A stretch of 63,827 bases of DNA, filler included, from Reticulomyxa filosa (lineage: Eukaryota; Protista; Foraminifera), in NCBI GenBank assembly GCA_000512085.1. It is 19 parts of 19 records of this genome, joined end to end, with 100 filler letters (N's around TTAATTAATTAA, not from the genome) between each part and the next. Parts side by side here need not be neighbours in the genome. Positions count along the whole stretch, not along the records: positions 48,200 to 51,801 come from ASPP01025727.1; positions 51,902 to 53,359 come from ASPP01022927.1; positions 53,460 to 57,990 come from ASPP01005574.1; positions 58,091 to 59,724 come from ASPP01019311.1; positions 59,825 to 61,319 come from ASPP01050178.1; positions 61,420 to 63,827 come from ASPP01048377.1; 13 more parts are not named here. The stretch is one strand, 5' to 3'. How positions within the stretch are numbered: the stretch's first letter is position 1; each line of letters starts with the position of its first letter. The notes below the pieces were generated by a model that saw only the letters and a program-made list of their open reading frames with translations, was not told the origin of the DNA and did not search any database. A program made the position numbers and the translations under genes. Below are positions 48,220 to 62,700 of this stretch, in pieces.

Positions 48220-49624
48220 GGCTCGGATGGTAACATTGTTGTAGTGAAGACGATAATGGGAGAAATAGCCACGGCATCACGCAGGCACGTATTTATAGCA
48301 TAATTGGCGTGTGCGGTGGAATGGGACGCTTTTTCGGAAATGCATGCGGCGGCTGGCTGTCACATGTGAATGTGTATGGCTCGGTGTGGAGCGATTTTCC
48401 CTATGTGCTGCCTTGTCTTATCAGCGGTGGTGCCTTTCTCATTTCGCTGCTCGTAGTCACCACACTGGTCAAAGAAACATCGAAACAACATCAGCAAAAG
48501 CAGGACAGCACGATGGCCGCCTCCGCCGCCGCCGCCGCCGCACTCACGGGCAACGGCGAAGGGAGGAGATCAGTCCCTCAAAAGAAAGCCACGTGCGATG
48601 TCATCAAAATCAAAAATGTGTGGGTTATCACCCTGTTTTATGGATACGCTTCTTTTTTGGCCACTGGCTTGCAAGCCGTGATTCCATTATGGGTATCTTT
48701 ATACATATATATATATGTATATGTATACGTATTTATTTACTTATTTTGTAATTTTTTTTTTAAATAATTACAAATAATTGAAAAGGTGTTGGAGGAGAAA
48801 AAACATAATGGATTTGGCTGGAAAGAGAGTGAAATTGGTACGGTGTTTGCAATTGCTGGCCCTTGCTACACGATATCACAATTGGTGCTGTTTCCAAAGT
48901 TTGTCAAGCGATTCGGCTACGTTGGCACATGTAAGATGAACTCGGTGCTGTACGGTGTCTTGATTATACTCACCCCGCACTTGTCCATATTTCGTAATTT
49001 GCCGGCAAATGGGGCTATCGCTGTTCTCGTCTTGGCTATGGTCGCGTTGTTCGTTTTAAGGGTTATGGTTGCTACATGCGTCTTTGTCATGATTAACAAT
49101 GCTGATACTCCTTGGTTTTTTTTTTTTTTTTGTACTTTCGAATGATGATTTGGAAATTGTATTGTTTGTTTTGTTTTGTTTTGATTTGATTTGATTTGAT
49201 TTGATGATAAGATGCTCGTGCAACTGCAAATGGAATTGGCCAGACATTTGGATCGATAGGTCGTCTATTAGCACCTGCAATACTATGCAATATTTATGCA
49301 TATTGTGTGGATAATAACTTTTCGTGGCCTTTTAATTATTGCTTTGTATTTTATCTTCAAGGATTTCTTAGCTTTTTTAATGCCACTTGGCTGCATTTCT
49401 TGCTGCCAAAGGACTATGAAAAGAGATGTGAAAATAATGCCAACGAAACCGCTTCGTCAGATGCAAAGTCCAAGTCTGCTGCGTCGTTGCAGAACGTGCA
49501 CAATGCTCGCACTCGTTCACATGAAATAAATTATAGCGACAATGGCGATTACGACAATGAATCCGGAGCTCAGTCAACAGAGTACAATCAGATTGAATTG
49601 GAGGAAATCAATACAAAAAATTAA
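48220..49624 (+). CDS. MFS transporter, ZIFL1/TETRAN-like, 5'-truncated, multi-exon
   Basis: DGNIVVVKTIMGEI, FPYVLPCL, GFGWKESEIG, VMINNA / ARATANGIGQTFGSIGRLLAP. A one-base frame discrepancy near 48279 (error or lesion). Confidence 0.8.
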
Positions 49625-50171
49625 ATGTGTCCAGCAATCTTAGTTGGTGACTTACTTCCTTCTCGTTTTCTTTCTCTTTCTCGTTTGAATTTTTGTGTTT
49701 ATTTTTGCATTTTTCCTTTGTCTCATCATGTTTCGTAGTTAAATGAGTTTTGATGAAACAAAATAGCTGCTGCTAAAATATGGCTTTTTTTTTTATGTAC
49801 AAGTAAAAAAATCTTGTTCTGTAGAATACTCAGTTTTCATTAAGTTACATTTGATTAGAAATCAAATTTTTTTTTTTTGATTTAATAAAATTAAATAGTA
49901 GCAAAATCGACAATAGCTTGGACGAAAAATGTGTGCCATTTATTATATGTGTAATTGTGAAATTTTCTTTTACGAGTATGTAGTGAGAACTAGCGCAGGA
50001 TTTTTTTGAAGCTAATTGCTTGTATTATTTAACAAAATAGAAAAATTCTGCAAATATTTAAATGCAATAACATCTAAAAAATATATTCTCTGATAGATTA
50101 ATTTTGTTTCATTAATGATTTGTTGTTTCTTCAACATTGTGCTTTGATCCGATTACAGATAACATAAATAC

Positions 50172-50960
50172 TTAAAATATGTAAACAAATTTTTTTATTG
50201 GTGAAAGAGTTAGGCTATATCCAATACAAATTGGGCCATTGTATGAGCCATAATACAAATTAATGTCACATCCACTATCATTATTCCTTTTTAATTGTAG
50301 AAATTTAAGACAGTATATCCCATAATCATCATTATCTCCATCGATAACGTGTAATTCACTCTTATTTGATCGAATGTCCCAAAATCGAATTGTATTATCA
50401 CTTGATCCAGAACATATCACATTTGAACTATCACCCACTTTGATATTATTCACTACAAATGGTGCATATTCAACAACATACACAGCAGACTTGTGTCCCT
50501 TGAACACTTGAATTTGTTGTGCAGATCGGATATTACATGAACGAATACTTTTGTCATTTGGTCCAGATAATATTGTATTTGCACTACAATTAATTCTTAA
50601 TTCATTTGATCAATACTTTACGCTGTTCACATAATTATCATGTCATTTGAATACAATCAATTGTTTATTGTTTCAACATCCCATATCAGAATAATTCCAT
50701 CATATAATTCAAAACAAATGGTATATCCATTACCACCAATCACAAACACAATTAGTGCGTTCATTAAATGTTTGCCACCATCGAACGTTACATATTCAAT
50801 ACTATTCACACAATTTGTGTGTCCAGTGAAAGTCATCTTTTCAACTTTTGTTGTTTTTTTTCCTCTTGGGCTCCTCTCAGATGATGAGAATGATGTAAGA
50901 TTAAGCCTGGAACGTCTATCCATAAAAGAGTTTTCTACATCAATTTCTGTTGATATTCAT
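50172..50960 (-). pseudogene. WD40 pseudogene, paralogue of 707-1783
   Basis: Shares VIGGNGYTIC and NVICSGSSDNTIRFWDIRSNK.EL with the 707-1783 exon but has frameshifts and stops between 50510 and 50660 and lacks several repeats. Confidence 0.85.
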
Positions 50961-51496
50961 GTGTTTTTACTACTAAAACAAAGAATTACAAAAAAGTCGT
51001 TGCATTGATCAGTAATATTTTCTATGGATTTTTAGAAGTAGCCAAGATAAAACAATAATATTCTGTAAAGATTTGATGTGGTAAAATGTTATACTTTGTA
51101 GCTTCAATTTTTCTTGCAAATTTTTTAAATGGTACATTTCCGATGAAAATTTAAATATCTTTTTAATAGTAAATGAAAAAGTTGGAACGCATGTATACAT
51201 TACTTTTTTGTAACTTCAATAACTTAAATTTTTATTAAGATTGCTTATCTGTTTAAAAAAAAGAGAGAATCATTGTTGAAGTTTGTCTTTTTTTTCTGTG
51301 CATATGCATAAATATTTGAATTGAAACTAATTTTAAATTCATTGGTTTTGATACTTTCAGAAAGATATTTTAACTTGTACAAAATAAACAATCTTCTTGT
51401 GCCAACAACGCCACACTGTTGAACTCTGTTAACCCTTTTAAATTGAATTGGAGTCTATTCCAAAAAAAACTTTAGTTGAGTCAAGAAAAGATTATT

Positions 51497-51801
51497 ATGT
51501 TGCACTTGAATGTCGAAAGTGAAGAAAAAAATCTGGAAAATCAAAAAGAAACGTTTTCCTTTTCTGGTTGTTTCAAGAAAGAATGGCTTTTGTTGACTAA
51601 CAAACCACAAAAATTAAACGCGTTAATGTGTTGTATATGTAATCAAATTGCAAACAACGCAATGGAATTGCATTGTGATGAACACGAAAATGTGGATCAA
51701 GTTTATTTAGTTGGAGAAGAGTGTTTACAAAAGTATTTGAAACAAAACAATGGAAACTGTCCAATTCAACAACATGGTCATTGTAAATTTTCACAAGGTA
51801 A
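51497..51801 (+). CDS. RING/TRAF-like zinc-binding N-terminal domain protein, truncated by contig end
   Basis: CCICNQIANNAMELHCDEH...GEECLQKYL...CPIQQHGHC: RING-like Cys/His spacing. Confidence 0.75.
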
Positions 51802-51901
51802 NNNNNNNNNNNNNNNNNNNNNNNNNNNNNNNNNNNNNNNNNNNNTTAATTAATTAANNNNNNNNNNNNNNNNNNNNNNNNNNNNNNNNNNNNNNNNNNN
51901 N

Positions 51902-53029
51902 GCAACATCACTGAATAATCGCACAAATTTTGAAATCTGCTATCGTACGATCTATTCAATTTTTTTTTTGTTGTATTTTTTATTAAAAAAAATGTAAAAA
52001 AAAAACAACAACAACTTAACATTGCAGTATTGGACAGCAGTTGCAAAATATCGAGTAAAGTTTTGCGGTCGACGATAAGAGTTTATGATTTACGTTGGAC
52101 ATTGCGCAAATATGGAATCGAACATTCATTGTTTTTGATACCAAAGCGTTGAGACAGCACACTTGTTGCAATGACTTATAGCATTTGTGGATGAGTTCCG
52201 CATCCGTGCCAATGTGGTTCATAGAACATTTCACTACAAATAATATCTCCAATTCTACACACGCTCCAGTCTGTTTGCACAATTTGCAAGCTTCATTCGA
52301 CAGTGGCGTAGTTGTAATCACTTCTTCTTCACAATTCTCCATTTTGTTACTGTGTTTGTTTTTTTTTTTAAAAATACATTTTCAATAAAAGCAATCATAT
52401 ATACAATCACTACTCCCTCACCATCACTATCTCTTGATATACGTAAATCTCCCTTTTTTTTTTGCGCGGACATTTTTTTTCAATTTAATCTTCATATTAC
52501 TGTTATTTACCTGTACGTTACTAATTTGAATGCCGATTTATAAGACGTTGATGAGATTATCGAAGTGGACTTGAACATTTTCGCGACCGGTGTTTTGACA
52601 TATGAATTCTTCTTTGCTGCATTTTGTCGATCATGGACTTGCTTTGGAGAAGACGTATACTTTCGTTTTCTGATTGCATTGACTCCTTCCGCTGCAGATA
52701 CAATTGTCAGATCGCTATAGGCTTTTAAACATTGCAAATATGTACACCTTTTCAATTTCCACATATTGTTGAAATAGTGGTTGAGCGGCTTATTCCATAA
52801 CATCATTAATATATTGTAGTGATTATTTAAATATGTTTGTCCGTTCGTTGTGTTCCAGCTTGAAGTTTTTAGATTCACATTTGACACTACGAATGCATTC
52901 AATACATGCAGTGCTATCAACACCAACGAGAATTTCATGCTGCTGTTGCAATTCCAAGAGGTTTTCACTCAATATTTTTTCCTCAGTTTGCCCCTCTCTT
53001 ACTGGGCACTCAAAACAGGAGGACACCAA
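51902..53029 (-). pseudogene. Decayed Cys-rich gene, possibly RING/RBR-type
   Basis: Coding-like minus-strand segments with multiple stops; CKLC...C..NH...C...C pattern at 52016-52342. Confidence 0.3.
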
Positions 53030-53554
53030 GATAATTAAGCAACTTTAAGAGAAAAACAAATAAAGTTTGTGACGACGAATATATTTGAATGGATGTTAAA
53101 CGGTTTATAGAAATGCCAAATTTATTGGGAAAATGAAATTTGTTGTACTTTGCTTTATTCACAATGGCTAATGAAAAAAAATGGTCTTTTTCTCATTTAA
53201 AAATTCTTTTCACCTAAATCATAATCTCCATCAAAAAACCAAAAAAAAATTAAGTGAAAAAAGAATAACTAGTCAAACCCAATAAAAGTAAGAACAAGTG
53301 TTCTGAGCCTCTGAGCATGCAAGAATGCTCAATGATCATCCCTTCATATATCATATAATNNNNNNNNNNNNNNNNNNNNNNNNNNNNNNNNNNNNNNNNN
53401 NNNTTAATTAATTAANNNNNNNNNNNNNNNNNNNNNNNNNNNNNNNNNNNNNNNNNNNNCACTTAACAAATCACAAGTTCTTTTTTTTGTGCTTTATAAA
53501 TTGATAGCTCGAAACAAACAAACAAACAAAACATATGCTTGTTTGTGTGAAATA

Positions 53555-55215
53555 ACAAAGATCCCCGCGATTCTGCTCGACTATCAAGATATGATTGTGA
53601 CCACAGGCAAATACTTGAATGTAATGAGTGAGAGTGGATGCATGGGCGTGTGTTCCTCGCAAGACAATGAAGAGTCTGGACCCAAGTTACGCTTCAAGAA
53701 TGATCGGTTAGAACACTGCTTGGATAATTGCCAACCCAGACAATTAGGAATACAAATTCGTGAGGCATACAACTTTGCAAGCAAGGCATTGTTGGAAATG
53801 CTTATGAATCGGCAAAAGATAATGGATCGATTTAGGTCAATCCGCAGATTCATGCTACTAAGTGAAGGTGATTGGTTCGAATACTTTTTGGATATGGCTG
53901 ATCCAATACTTAGTATAAATGCATGCGAAATAAAAGTAGTGAAGCTGAATCGTTTGCTGGAATTGTCCATTCGAACATCCATTTCTAAAAATGACCCTTT
54001 CAAAGACGATTTATGCTGCGATATCAAAAATAGAGATTTGAACAAAATGATGTTACGAAAGCTTTGGAAAGAGAGGAGTAGGGAGGGCATGCATATATAT
54101 GTGTATATAGAGAAGAGTTGAAATTTGATTGGAATTTCTGTTTGTTGGTTTAAAATTAGAACACTACTACACGACATTCGACACGGTTTCAAGAGTGTAA
54201 TGGAATCAGCAGACGATGGAGCCATTGGCAAGGAAAAAGCTGAAGAGAACGGAGGTATTAATATTGGTATTGGAAATGGGGCTGGCGAAGATCACAACGA
54301 TAAGACGGTCTCATCCTTAACAGGCATCCAAGCCTTTGCATTAGACTATCAAGTCAAATGGCCGTGTTCTATCATATTCACGGGGAGGAATGTGGCTCGA
54401 TATCAACTCATTTTTCGGTTATTGTTCAAATTAAAATGCGTGGAGAGACAACTTAAAACTGCTTGGAAACAACAAATGAGTTTGCGAGAATTAAACTTGG
54501 GAAATGCACATAATTCTTCACTTATGCTACGACAAAAGATGCTACAATTCTTGGAAAGTTTGCTTTTTTATGTCTTTTACCAAGTTATTGAACCCAATTG
54601 GCATCAATTCATATCGCATGTTATTAAGGCGAACACTGTTGATGCCGTATTGCAATTGCAAGAAGAATTTTTGCGGTCAACCTTGGATATGTGTTTGTTA
54701 ACAAGCAAAACTCGTGTTGAAGTTTTGCTTTATTTTTGTATTTTTGTTCTTTATTTCCCTTTTCTTGTCTCTTTGATCTTATATCAAAAACTAAAATGTG
54801 TACAGTCTCTCTTTCGAGTTTTAACAACTTGTGAAAATTATGCAAATTATGTTTCTCGATATACTTCCGACTGGCAAATCTACAATGGAAGTGTGTCCAA
54901 TCGAAAAACTGTATTGGAGGTATGTGTATAACAATCAGCTTTTTTTTTTAATACAAAACAACTAAAAGTATCATATTGTGTTTTGTTTTGTTTTTTTTTT
55001 ACAAGCTAATGGGGAAAGATTGTCGTGAAAATTTATGTTCCGCTGTATTTCAATCGACGATTGAAAAGTACACCAAAACCTTTGAAAGTTCAGTGAGACA
55101 GTTTTTAGCTGATCTACAAAGCTCGACTACCATCAATATGAACAGTTTGCTTGCAAGACTTGATTTTAATGCCTACTATTTACCAGAATATAATCAAATC
55201 TTTTCATCATTTTGA
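53555..55215 (+). CDS. TUBGCP2: Gamma-tubulin complex component 2 (GCP2/Spc97), C-terminal half, multi-exon
   Basis: IVTTGKYLNV, AYNFASKALL, RSIRRFMLLSEGDWF, NDPFKDDL, LTGIQAFALDYQVKWP, RYQLIFRLLF, VIEPNW, LLARLDFNAYY. Confidence 0.92.
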
Positions 55216-55697
55216 TTGCGATTGAGATCTCACATTTGTGCTTTGTTTATTTTTTTGTTTTTTTAAAATCATTATTTAATAACGTTTCGTTTGCTAATCG
55301 TCATGCACGATTTGTGATTTCCGTCGATCTTCCTAATATTATTCTTCATTTGCTTTTTCTTGACGCAGAAATATTTTGTAAAGTGGTACAGATGGCATAG
55401 TTAAAAACTTTTATGGATAAACAACTTTTAAAAATCATTGCATAAAAATATAATACAATTTACATTTTTATCAAAAACGAAATGCATTTTGAAAATATTA
55501 CAATTTTTATTAATAAAATACAGTTTATGAAACTAATTTTAGCAGTTTTTGTTTTGTGGTCAGTTTAATTCTTTACCATTATGGTAATTCACAAAAACAA
55601 GACTGCACTCCCACAAATAGATTTCGGCCAGAATTCGTCAGCAGATTCAGTGTCAGCCCACGTGGTGAACTTTTTTAAAAAATTTTGGTATGAAAAA

Positions 55698-56607
55698 ATG
55701 AAAATAAGTCGTGCATTACTTCGTGCATTCCCTAAAAGTCTCAGTGATGGGTTGCGCTTCAACACCGCAACAAAAATTGACATAAACATTGCAGAGAAAG
55801 AGTATAAAAATTACTGTTCCAAACTGAAGCAAATGCTACCAAATGGTGTCCTGGAGTTTAAAGCAAGGGATGATGCCCCTGATAGTGTATTCATTGAAGA
55901 TTGCTTGGTTACTTTTCAAAAGAAATGCTTGGTTACTCATCCAGGACATTTGGCACGTCGAATTGAGACAATAGGTCTGAAGAAGCAGTTGTTGGATTGG
56001 AAGCTTCCTTTTGAAAAGTTAGATGAAATGAAGGAAATTGATCACAATGCATTCTGTGATGGTGGTGATGTACTTGAACTACCCAACAAATATCCCTGGT
56101 TTGGTATGCCTTTCAATAAAAAAAACATTAACAAAAAAATTTTTAAAATAATTTTTTTTTTCTTAAAACAAAAAAGTTGGTGTAAATAATGGAAGAACTA
56201 ATGAAGCAGGCGCAGCTGTGGTTGCAAAATCTTTGGGTGTGAACGTGATAACAATCGATATTGCGAAAGCGGCAAAATATGAGATATTGCACTTGAAATC
56301 GGCGCTCACTTGGGTTGATAGCAACTTGTTGGTGGGATATGACATCCCAGTTATGCATAATATATTTTCGGAGATGCAAGATAAATGTAAATTACCTCTG
56401 GAAGTGGTATGGGTAAATAGTTTGGCTTGTGCAAATGTGTTAAGAATAAACAACTGTTTACTAGTGCCCCAAGGGTTTCCACAATGCCAGCATCAAATTC
56501 AAAAAAAACTTGTTGGAAAATCTATCCAAGTGGACCATGTGGATAACTCAGAACTTCGAAAATTGGACTCAGGACTTACATGTCTCTCTGTATTACTTTC
56601 GATTTAA
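55698..56607 (+). CDS. DDAH: Dimethylarginine dimethylaminohydrolase, 2 exons (55698-56103, 56177-56607), 278 aa
   Basis: PDSVFIED, DGGDVL, RTNEAG, LHLKS, SELRKLDSGLTCLS (catalytic Cys/His/acid motifs); phase-1 GT-AG intron. Confidence 0.92.
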
Positions 56608-58744
56608 ACTTTTTTTTTGCAACATGTGCATTATTACTTCTGTATCGCTTATCGCCTTTTTCTTATAATGTGATATTCCTCTCTACTCAATTTAGGCTCG
56701 AATTCACATGCCATCATATTTTGTTCAAAACGCTGTCTGTTATATTTTCCTCAACGTCATGTGGGCCAATTTCTTTCAATTAAAATTTTCCACTCTTTTG
56801 TTCCGTGGGTAATAGAACAGATTAGCAAAAAAAAAATGATCAATTCGTTTTGAATTATCCATCTTTTTTCCCTCTTTTATGAATCTTGTACTTACAGGTT
56901 TCTTCACATTTTGAAATATTTTGACTTTTTGAATGTTATTTGAATTCTACCTTTTTTCGTTTGAAGTAAGAAATAACACTTGAACAAACAATATCCAATA
57001 ACTTCGTATTTAATATTTCAACTTTTTCCAAATTTACATTCCGCAATTGAATGACTGTGCATATTTCATCACGATGAAATGCTGTCTTATGAATATAACA
57101 ATTTCCAATGAAAATTATTGACATTAAATTCATTCGTTATTTTTGGTACACGTAGTCATAAACTGTAAATGAAACTTTATTAGTGTCGATTTTCTAAATG
57201 AAAAATCACTTTTTAAAAATTTTTTGAAAAAGGTCTACAATACACAAGCACTTCAAATACAATTAATTTTTTCTACAACTTTGTATTGTATTAAAATTTT
57301 TGTGCAAGATTTCTAAGTTCTTGGACGCCATGTTAAGAATAAAAAACAAAAAAAAGGGGTCAAAAACGAAAGAAAAACCAAAAAGCTCTACTTTGCGTTT
57401 TTACCGCTTCAACTTGAGCAAATCATGTTAAAACTCTGAGAAACGTTGGTGAACTACCAAGTGAAATATCTTCCTAAAAAAGGAAAAGGTTTGTCTGCAG
57501 CACAAACGACCACAAAGTGCGTACGAATCTGGAAATGCAGTGAAAGTGAAGGATTTATCCAATACACACAAAGAAAGAACGGCTGATGCTTCATTGGATC
57601 AAAATTCACCATTGGGACATGACAAGGCAAACAAAAACCACAAAAATAAATCACTGATTGGCAAGCAGCTGGAAAAATCACATCAGTTAAAAATCAATGC
57701 ATATATTGATATATTTCCGAAGCAACTTATGATGTGATAGTGGTGAAATGTGCAATACATTCAAATATGTATAAAATACTTATGTATTTTCTATGTTTTG
57801 TTTCAAACTATATTTCCCTTTTTTTTTACTTATGCTTATAATTTGTTTAAAGTATAAAAAATAAAAAATAAATTAAAATTTTATATCTAAAGGTAATGTT
57901 AGAACACTATATGTTGTGTAATATGTAAAAATATAATGTATAATATTACAGTGTTATTAAAATTAACAGTTAAGTCAATCTGATATATTTNNNNNNNNNN
58001 NNNNNNNNNNNNNNNNNNNNNNNNNNNNNNNNNNTTAATTAATTAANNNNNNNNNNNNNNNNNNNNNNNNNNNNNNNNNNNNNNNNNNNNATTTTTAGCT
58101 TGTTTGCTCGTGTACAAATTATTGATATCATTCAGCTAATCGAAAAATTATATCATTTGTTTCATCAAAATAAAAATTACAGCCACATCAAATAAAATTC
58201 ATTATTTGGCTGATTTACTTTAACATAATATTAATAACATGTAATTGTGAAATACTTCTATCTGAGATAAATAATTTTTTTCACAAACAAATTAAAATGA
58301 TAAATTGAGTATATTTTTTTTTTTCTTTTTTTTTGACACGATTTTTCATTTAAAAATTAATTATACTTGTGTTTGGGGTTCACGTTGGGCACTATAAAAC
58401 ATTAGTTACAAACTCAAAAAGTTTTCAATTGTGTTTTTTGCCAATGATTCTTCAGAAATATAATCTTATAAAATTATTTCATCCCTCAAATATCATTTTT
58501 AAATCGTAGTTTGAGATTTTATCTTTTAATAACATATAACTGCCAAAACATAGCAAATTGTATTTCATAGAGAATAAATAAAGAACACAAAAAGTTTATT
58601 TGATGCAATCAGAACAAAAAAATATTCATTCAATAAATTTTCATAAATTGTCAAATATTGATTGATGTGACGCACAAAATTTAGTTTAACCTTGCAAATC
58701 AAAAAGTAGTTAAAATATTGAAAAGTTTAAAAAAAAAAGGAGAA

Positions 58745-59678
58745 ATGGAGGCGTATGTATTGAAAAAAGGCTTACAAATGGATACCTTGCCCTTAGCGAT
58801 GTGTTCTCCGTTATTAAGAGACCGGCATTTAGCCTTGAAAAAGTGTTGGCTCATTCGACATGGCAAAGATCAAGCAAAAACCAATGAACTAGGTTGTCTC
58901 ACGTCATATTGCAGCAAGCACAGTAGCAGACACAACCTTAACAAACAACTGAGACAAGCAAAGATCACCATAAATACAAATCTGGGTGTATCTATCAATC
59001 TCGACAATATTTCTGTTATCAATGCATATATCAACAATAATTCGATTGAAAAGGTAAATAAAGAGCCAGTGCAATTATCAGATAAAATATTGGAGCAACG
59101 GTTGGACATAACTATTACGAAACAGTCACTATTTGGCAAATATTGTTATGAAAATAGCTTTGATTGTTTCACCATTTATCATTACACATAATCACAAGTT
59201 CGACATCAATTACAATCATCATTGTAATATGCAAGTGTGTATGTACACGTATACATGTGTATAAAATTGAACAAAATGATTATCGAAACTTGGAATGCTC
59301 TGGGAAAAATCTACAATCAACGATGTGCTGTTGGCAAGTAAGTATTGCTATGATAGTGATGGGTTGGGGATAGTGGAGTTTTTGGAAAGTCAGATCAAAA
59401 TGAAATCAAACGTTTTCCAATGCTGCCAACAGAGCGAATCCAGAGGAGCTTTGACCGGCATCACAGGTCTGTCTGAGTTTGCCACAAAGCGTTTTGGACA
59501 ATAGAATTTCACTTTCGATGAAATTATTTTGTGGACACAATACTTGTGCTTTTTCAAATCAATATCATTCTCCAGCAGTCACTTTATCAAATGTAGTGAC
59601 AATAACGCAATAGAGATAAATATGATTGGGTTGTCTTTGGCAAGTGATCACTATTACAATCTTCATGTTGATATTGAC

Positions 59679-59680
<2 letters not shown>
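58745..59680 (+). pseudogene. Decayed coding-like sequence, family not recognised
   Basis: Short overlapping ORFs in alternating frames with coding-like composition. Confidence 0.3.
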
Positions 59681-59714
<34 letters not shown>

Positions 59715-62700
59715 TGAATTTAACNNNNNNNNNNNNNNNNNNNNNNNNNNNNNNNNNNNNNNNNNNNNTTAATTAATTAANNNNNNNNNNNNNNNNNNNN
59801 NNNNNNNNNNNNNNNNNNNNNNNNTACTAGTTAAATACTTGTGTGTTCAGTGAATGCTTTGCGTAATTTAAATGGCGAGCAAAAGTAATAGAATACGAAA
59901 ATATATGTCAACAATGGTTATGCAGTAGGTTGCAAAAAAAAACTGGTATATCCAGATGGCACCTATATGAAGAGAGTCGATTTTCTCCATGAAAAATAAA
60001 CATTTAAACATAATTTCTTTTCATCTAAAAAAAATCTACAAATCTTGTAGCTTTTAAATATGAATTTAGTTTTATAATAATTTTTTTCTATGCTGGTTTA
60101 AATAATGTTTTTTCATATGATTTTTTGAAAATTTCGCAGTAATGCATATAAATCAAATATGTATTACTAAGATGAAGTTTTTAAATCTTTTTATTTCTTT
60201 TTTAGGAATCTTCAATTTATGTAGATACTTTTTTAAAAAAATTAACATTATATCTTTCGTAGTTTTTTGAAAAAATTCAACTTGAAGTTTTATTTGATGT
60301 GAGTTTTGTAACATAATTGATAATTGTTATATTTGTAATTTAGACAATAAAACATAATGTTCAGATTGTCATTTTTTAATATTTTTATCAATTTCATAAC
60401 GATTTTATTATTTACCTTGCAGTCATACATAACACCTTTTGAACCGAAGCAAATTCAAATTGTGATATTGTTTTTATTAGGTGTAGTCTTTTAATTTCAT
60501 CTTATCTTTTAAGTCTTAGTTCAATTATTATGTTAGAACACTTGGTTTGTGTTGTTGGAGTAATTGGAATTTAGAAGTTCCTCTCCAATGTTAGGATCAG
60601 CAACAACAAAAAATCGAATAACGTGTTTTGGATTTTTCGGAAAATGTTGTGTTTTTCTTTTCTAGATTTTGTTTCATTGTCCTTATCTTCCAACTAAGCG
60701 TTTTGATCTTCTTCATGCGCATGCAATACGATCCACTTTTCCCAAAAGTGGTCAATGTTCTGTGTGTGGCACTAATAAGGACAAGTCTACATTGTACAAC
60801 AGTCATCACACATCAATAATCTCACTTCCCGCATGTAAGGAGTAGTGTTCGCTTGTGGTGTCTATTAGCACATTGTTGATTCATTTTGCCAAATGAGATA
60901 TGTTCCAGTCCACGACATAGCATAAATCCCATTTATGCAACAAAACATTATGCAAGTATCCATACAAAACGACAACAATAATACAAAACAAATACATAAC
61001 AAGACATTCCGTAAGCAATGCAACGTCAAAGGTAACATCAGTTTCGGATTGACGCACAACACTAAAAACGAATGTTGATAGTTTTTCACAGAGTATCTGT
61101 AGTCCAACCCAAAGGCTACAAAGGTTAGGGCATGTACTACTCATTCGCATCATTTTGTGTAATTCCCTACTCATTAAAGCAGTAAAAAGCATGCAACACT
61201 TATATCCATTGGAAAAATTTATGCATTGAGTTTGTTTTTTGGTAAATAAGTCAAAAAAAAAAATCCTTTTTCAGATTTTGACGTATCTTTCATCTTTAAT
61301 TACTAGCAGATCAAGACAGNNNNNNNNNNNNNNNNNNNNNNNNNNNNNNNNNNNNNNNNNNNNTTAATTAATTAANNNNNNNNNNNNNNNNNNNNNNNNN
61401 NNNNNNNNNNNNNNNNNNNTTTGAAATCATTTCTTGCAATTGTTTGATATGAAAAAAATGTAATATCAATTTTAAATGAAGATCATCGTGTTGTAGTTGT
61501 AACATTTCAAAAAACTGTTTTTAATGTCAGATCAATAAAAAAGCACTTTGTAATTGTTCTTTTACATTCACTACTTATTGTTCAAGGGAAAAAACATTAA
61601 TTTTGTTGTTACGTATACGTTTTCTTGAAACCATTTAGCAGACATGTCAATAACGGTTTGGCTTAATTGAGTGATTTAAGAATCAAATTTGTCTCTAGTA
61701 GAGTATGCTAGAAATGGTTTGAAAACTTTTTTTTTTAAATAATTGAAGGATTTGGTTGTGTGCATGATCGTCAAGACGAAGAGCCTTTAGTCTTTGATCA
61801 ATAAATGGTTTCATAACAACAAGAAATTTCTTTGTTCATAATCATTGTTTTGAAAGATTAGATTCCTTGAAGCCTGTATTCTTCGAAATAACATGATAGG
61901 ATAGAAACACTGTCTGGACAATGTTTCTGCTGTTGTTATGTAATACACAAAAGTAATGTTTTGTTATTGATTTGAAATCCAGAACAAATATCTCGAATTT
62001 GTCAGATCCATAACAAAAAAATCTTTTCATTGTTGAAAATTGGGTTTCAAATATTTCATGACATAATAATTGATCGTTCACAATATTTTGAATACATGAA
62101 ATGTGGTTGTTAATCATTATCACATGAAAAAAGTATAATTAAAGCCTGAAAGAGCTAATAAGTAACACAATATGAAAAAAACGAATGATGGTGATTTTTG
62201 AGCAATGAAAAAAAATTGTATGAGTAATTTCAATTAACTTTTAATATTGAATTGTGAAAAAAAAAATTGTTAGTTATATAATTTTGGTTTCATCTTTTTT
62301 TTTTTGAAATGAACTGCATATGTAATAAACATTGTACAATACTATCAAACATAACACCAAAAAGGTAAATATGTTTGACCATAGACACTATTTTTTCGAG
62401 CGTGGCGACTCCAGCAGGTCAAATGTTCGCGATTTGTTAAACTCATACAAACGCCAAAAGTGGTAGCTTGTTAGGCTTGCTACTACCAAAAAAAAATGTA
62501 GCAAATCCTCGCTCAAACACCCAAACATACCAAGGGGAATACATAAAATTCAAAGTAAATGAAAACCATGTATGCAGTATATCTGTTTTAGCTTCCATTT
62601 CTTTTTTATAGATTTTTTCAGGTTTTTTATTCTTCTTCACCCTGCCAAAGAACTTGTTTTTTTAGTTTGATATCTTAATGTGTGGACCGTAAAGTGTTAA

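Noticed and set aside
60600-61230. Possible Ariadne/RBR-like remnant on the minus strand
   Set aside because: Only scattered Cys-rich fragments among many stops; too degraded to support a call.
5673-61419. Recurring TTAATTAATTAA motif as a biological repeat or CRISPR-like array
   Set aside because: It is always flanked by exactly 44 Ns on each side: a synthetic six-frame-stop linker joining contigs. ORFs running into it are artefacts, and adjacency across it is not evidence of clustering.
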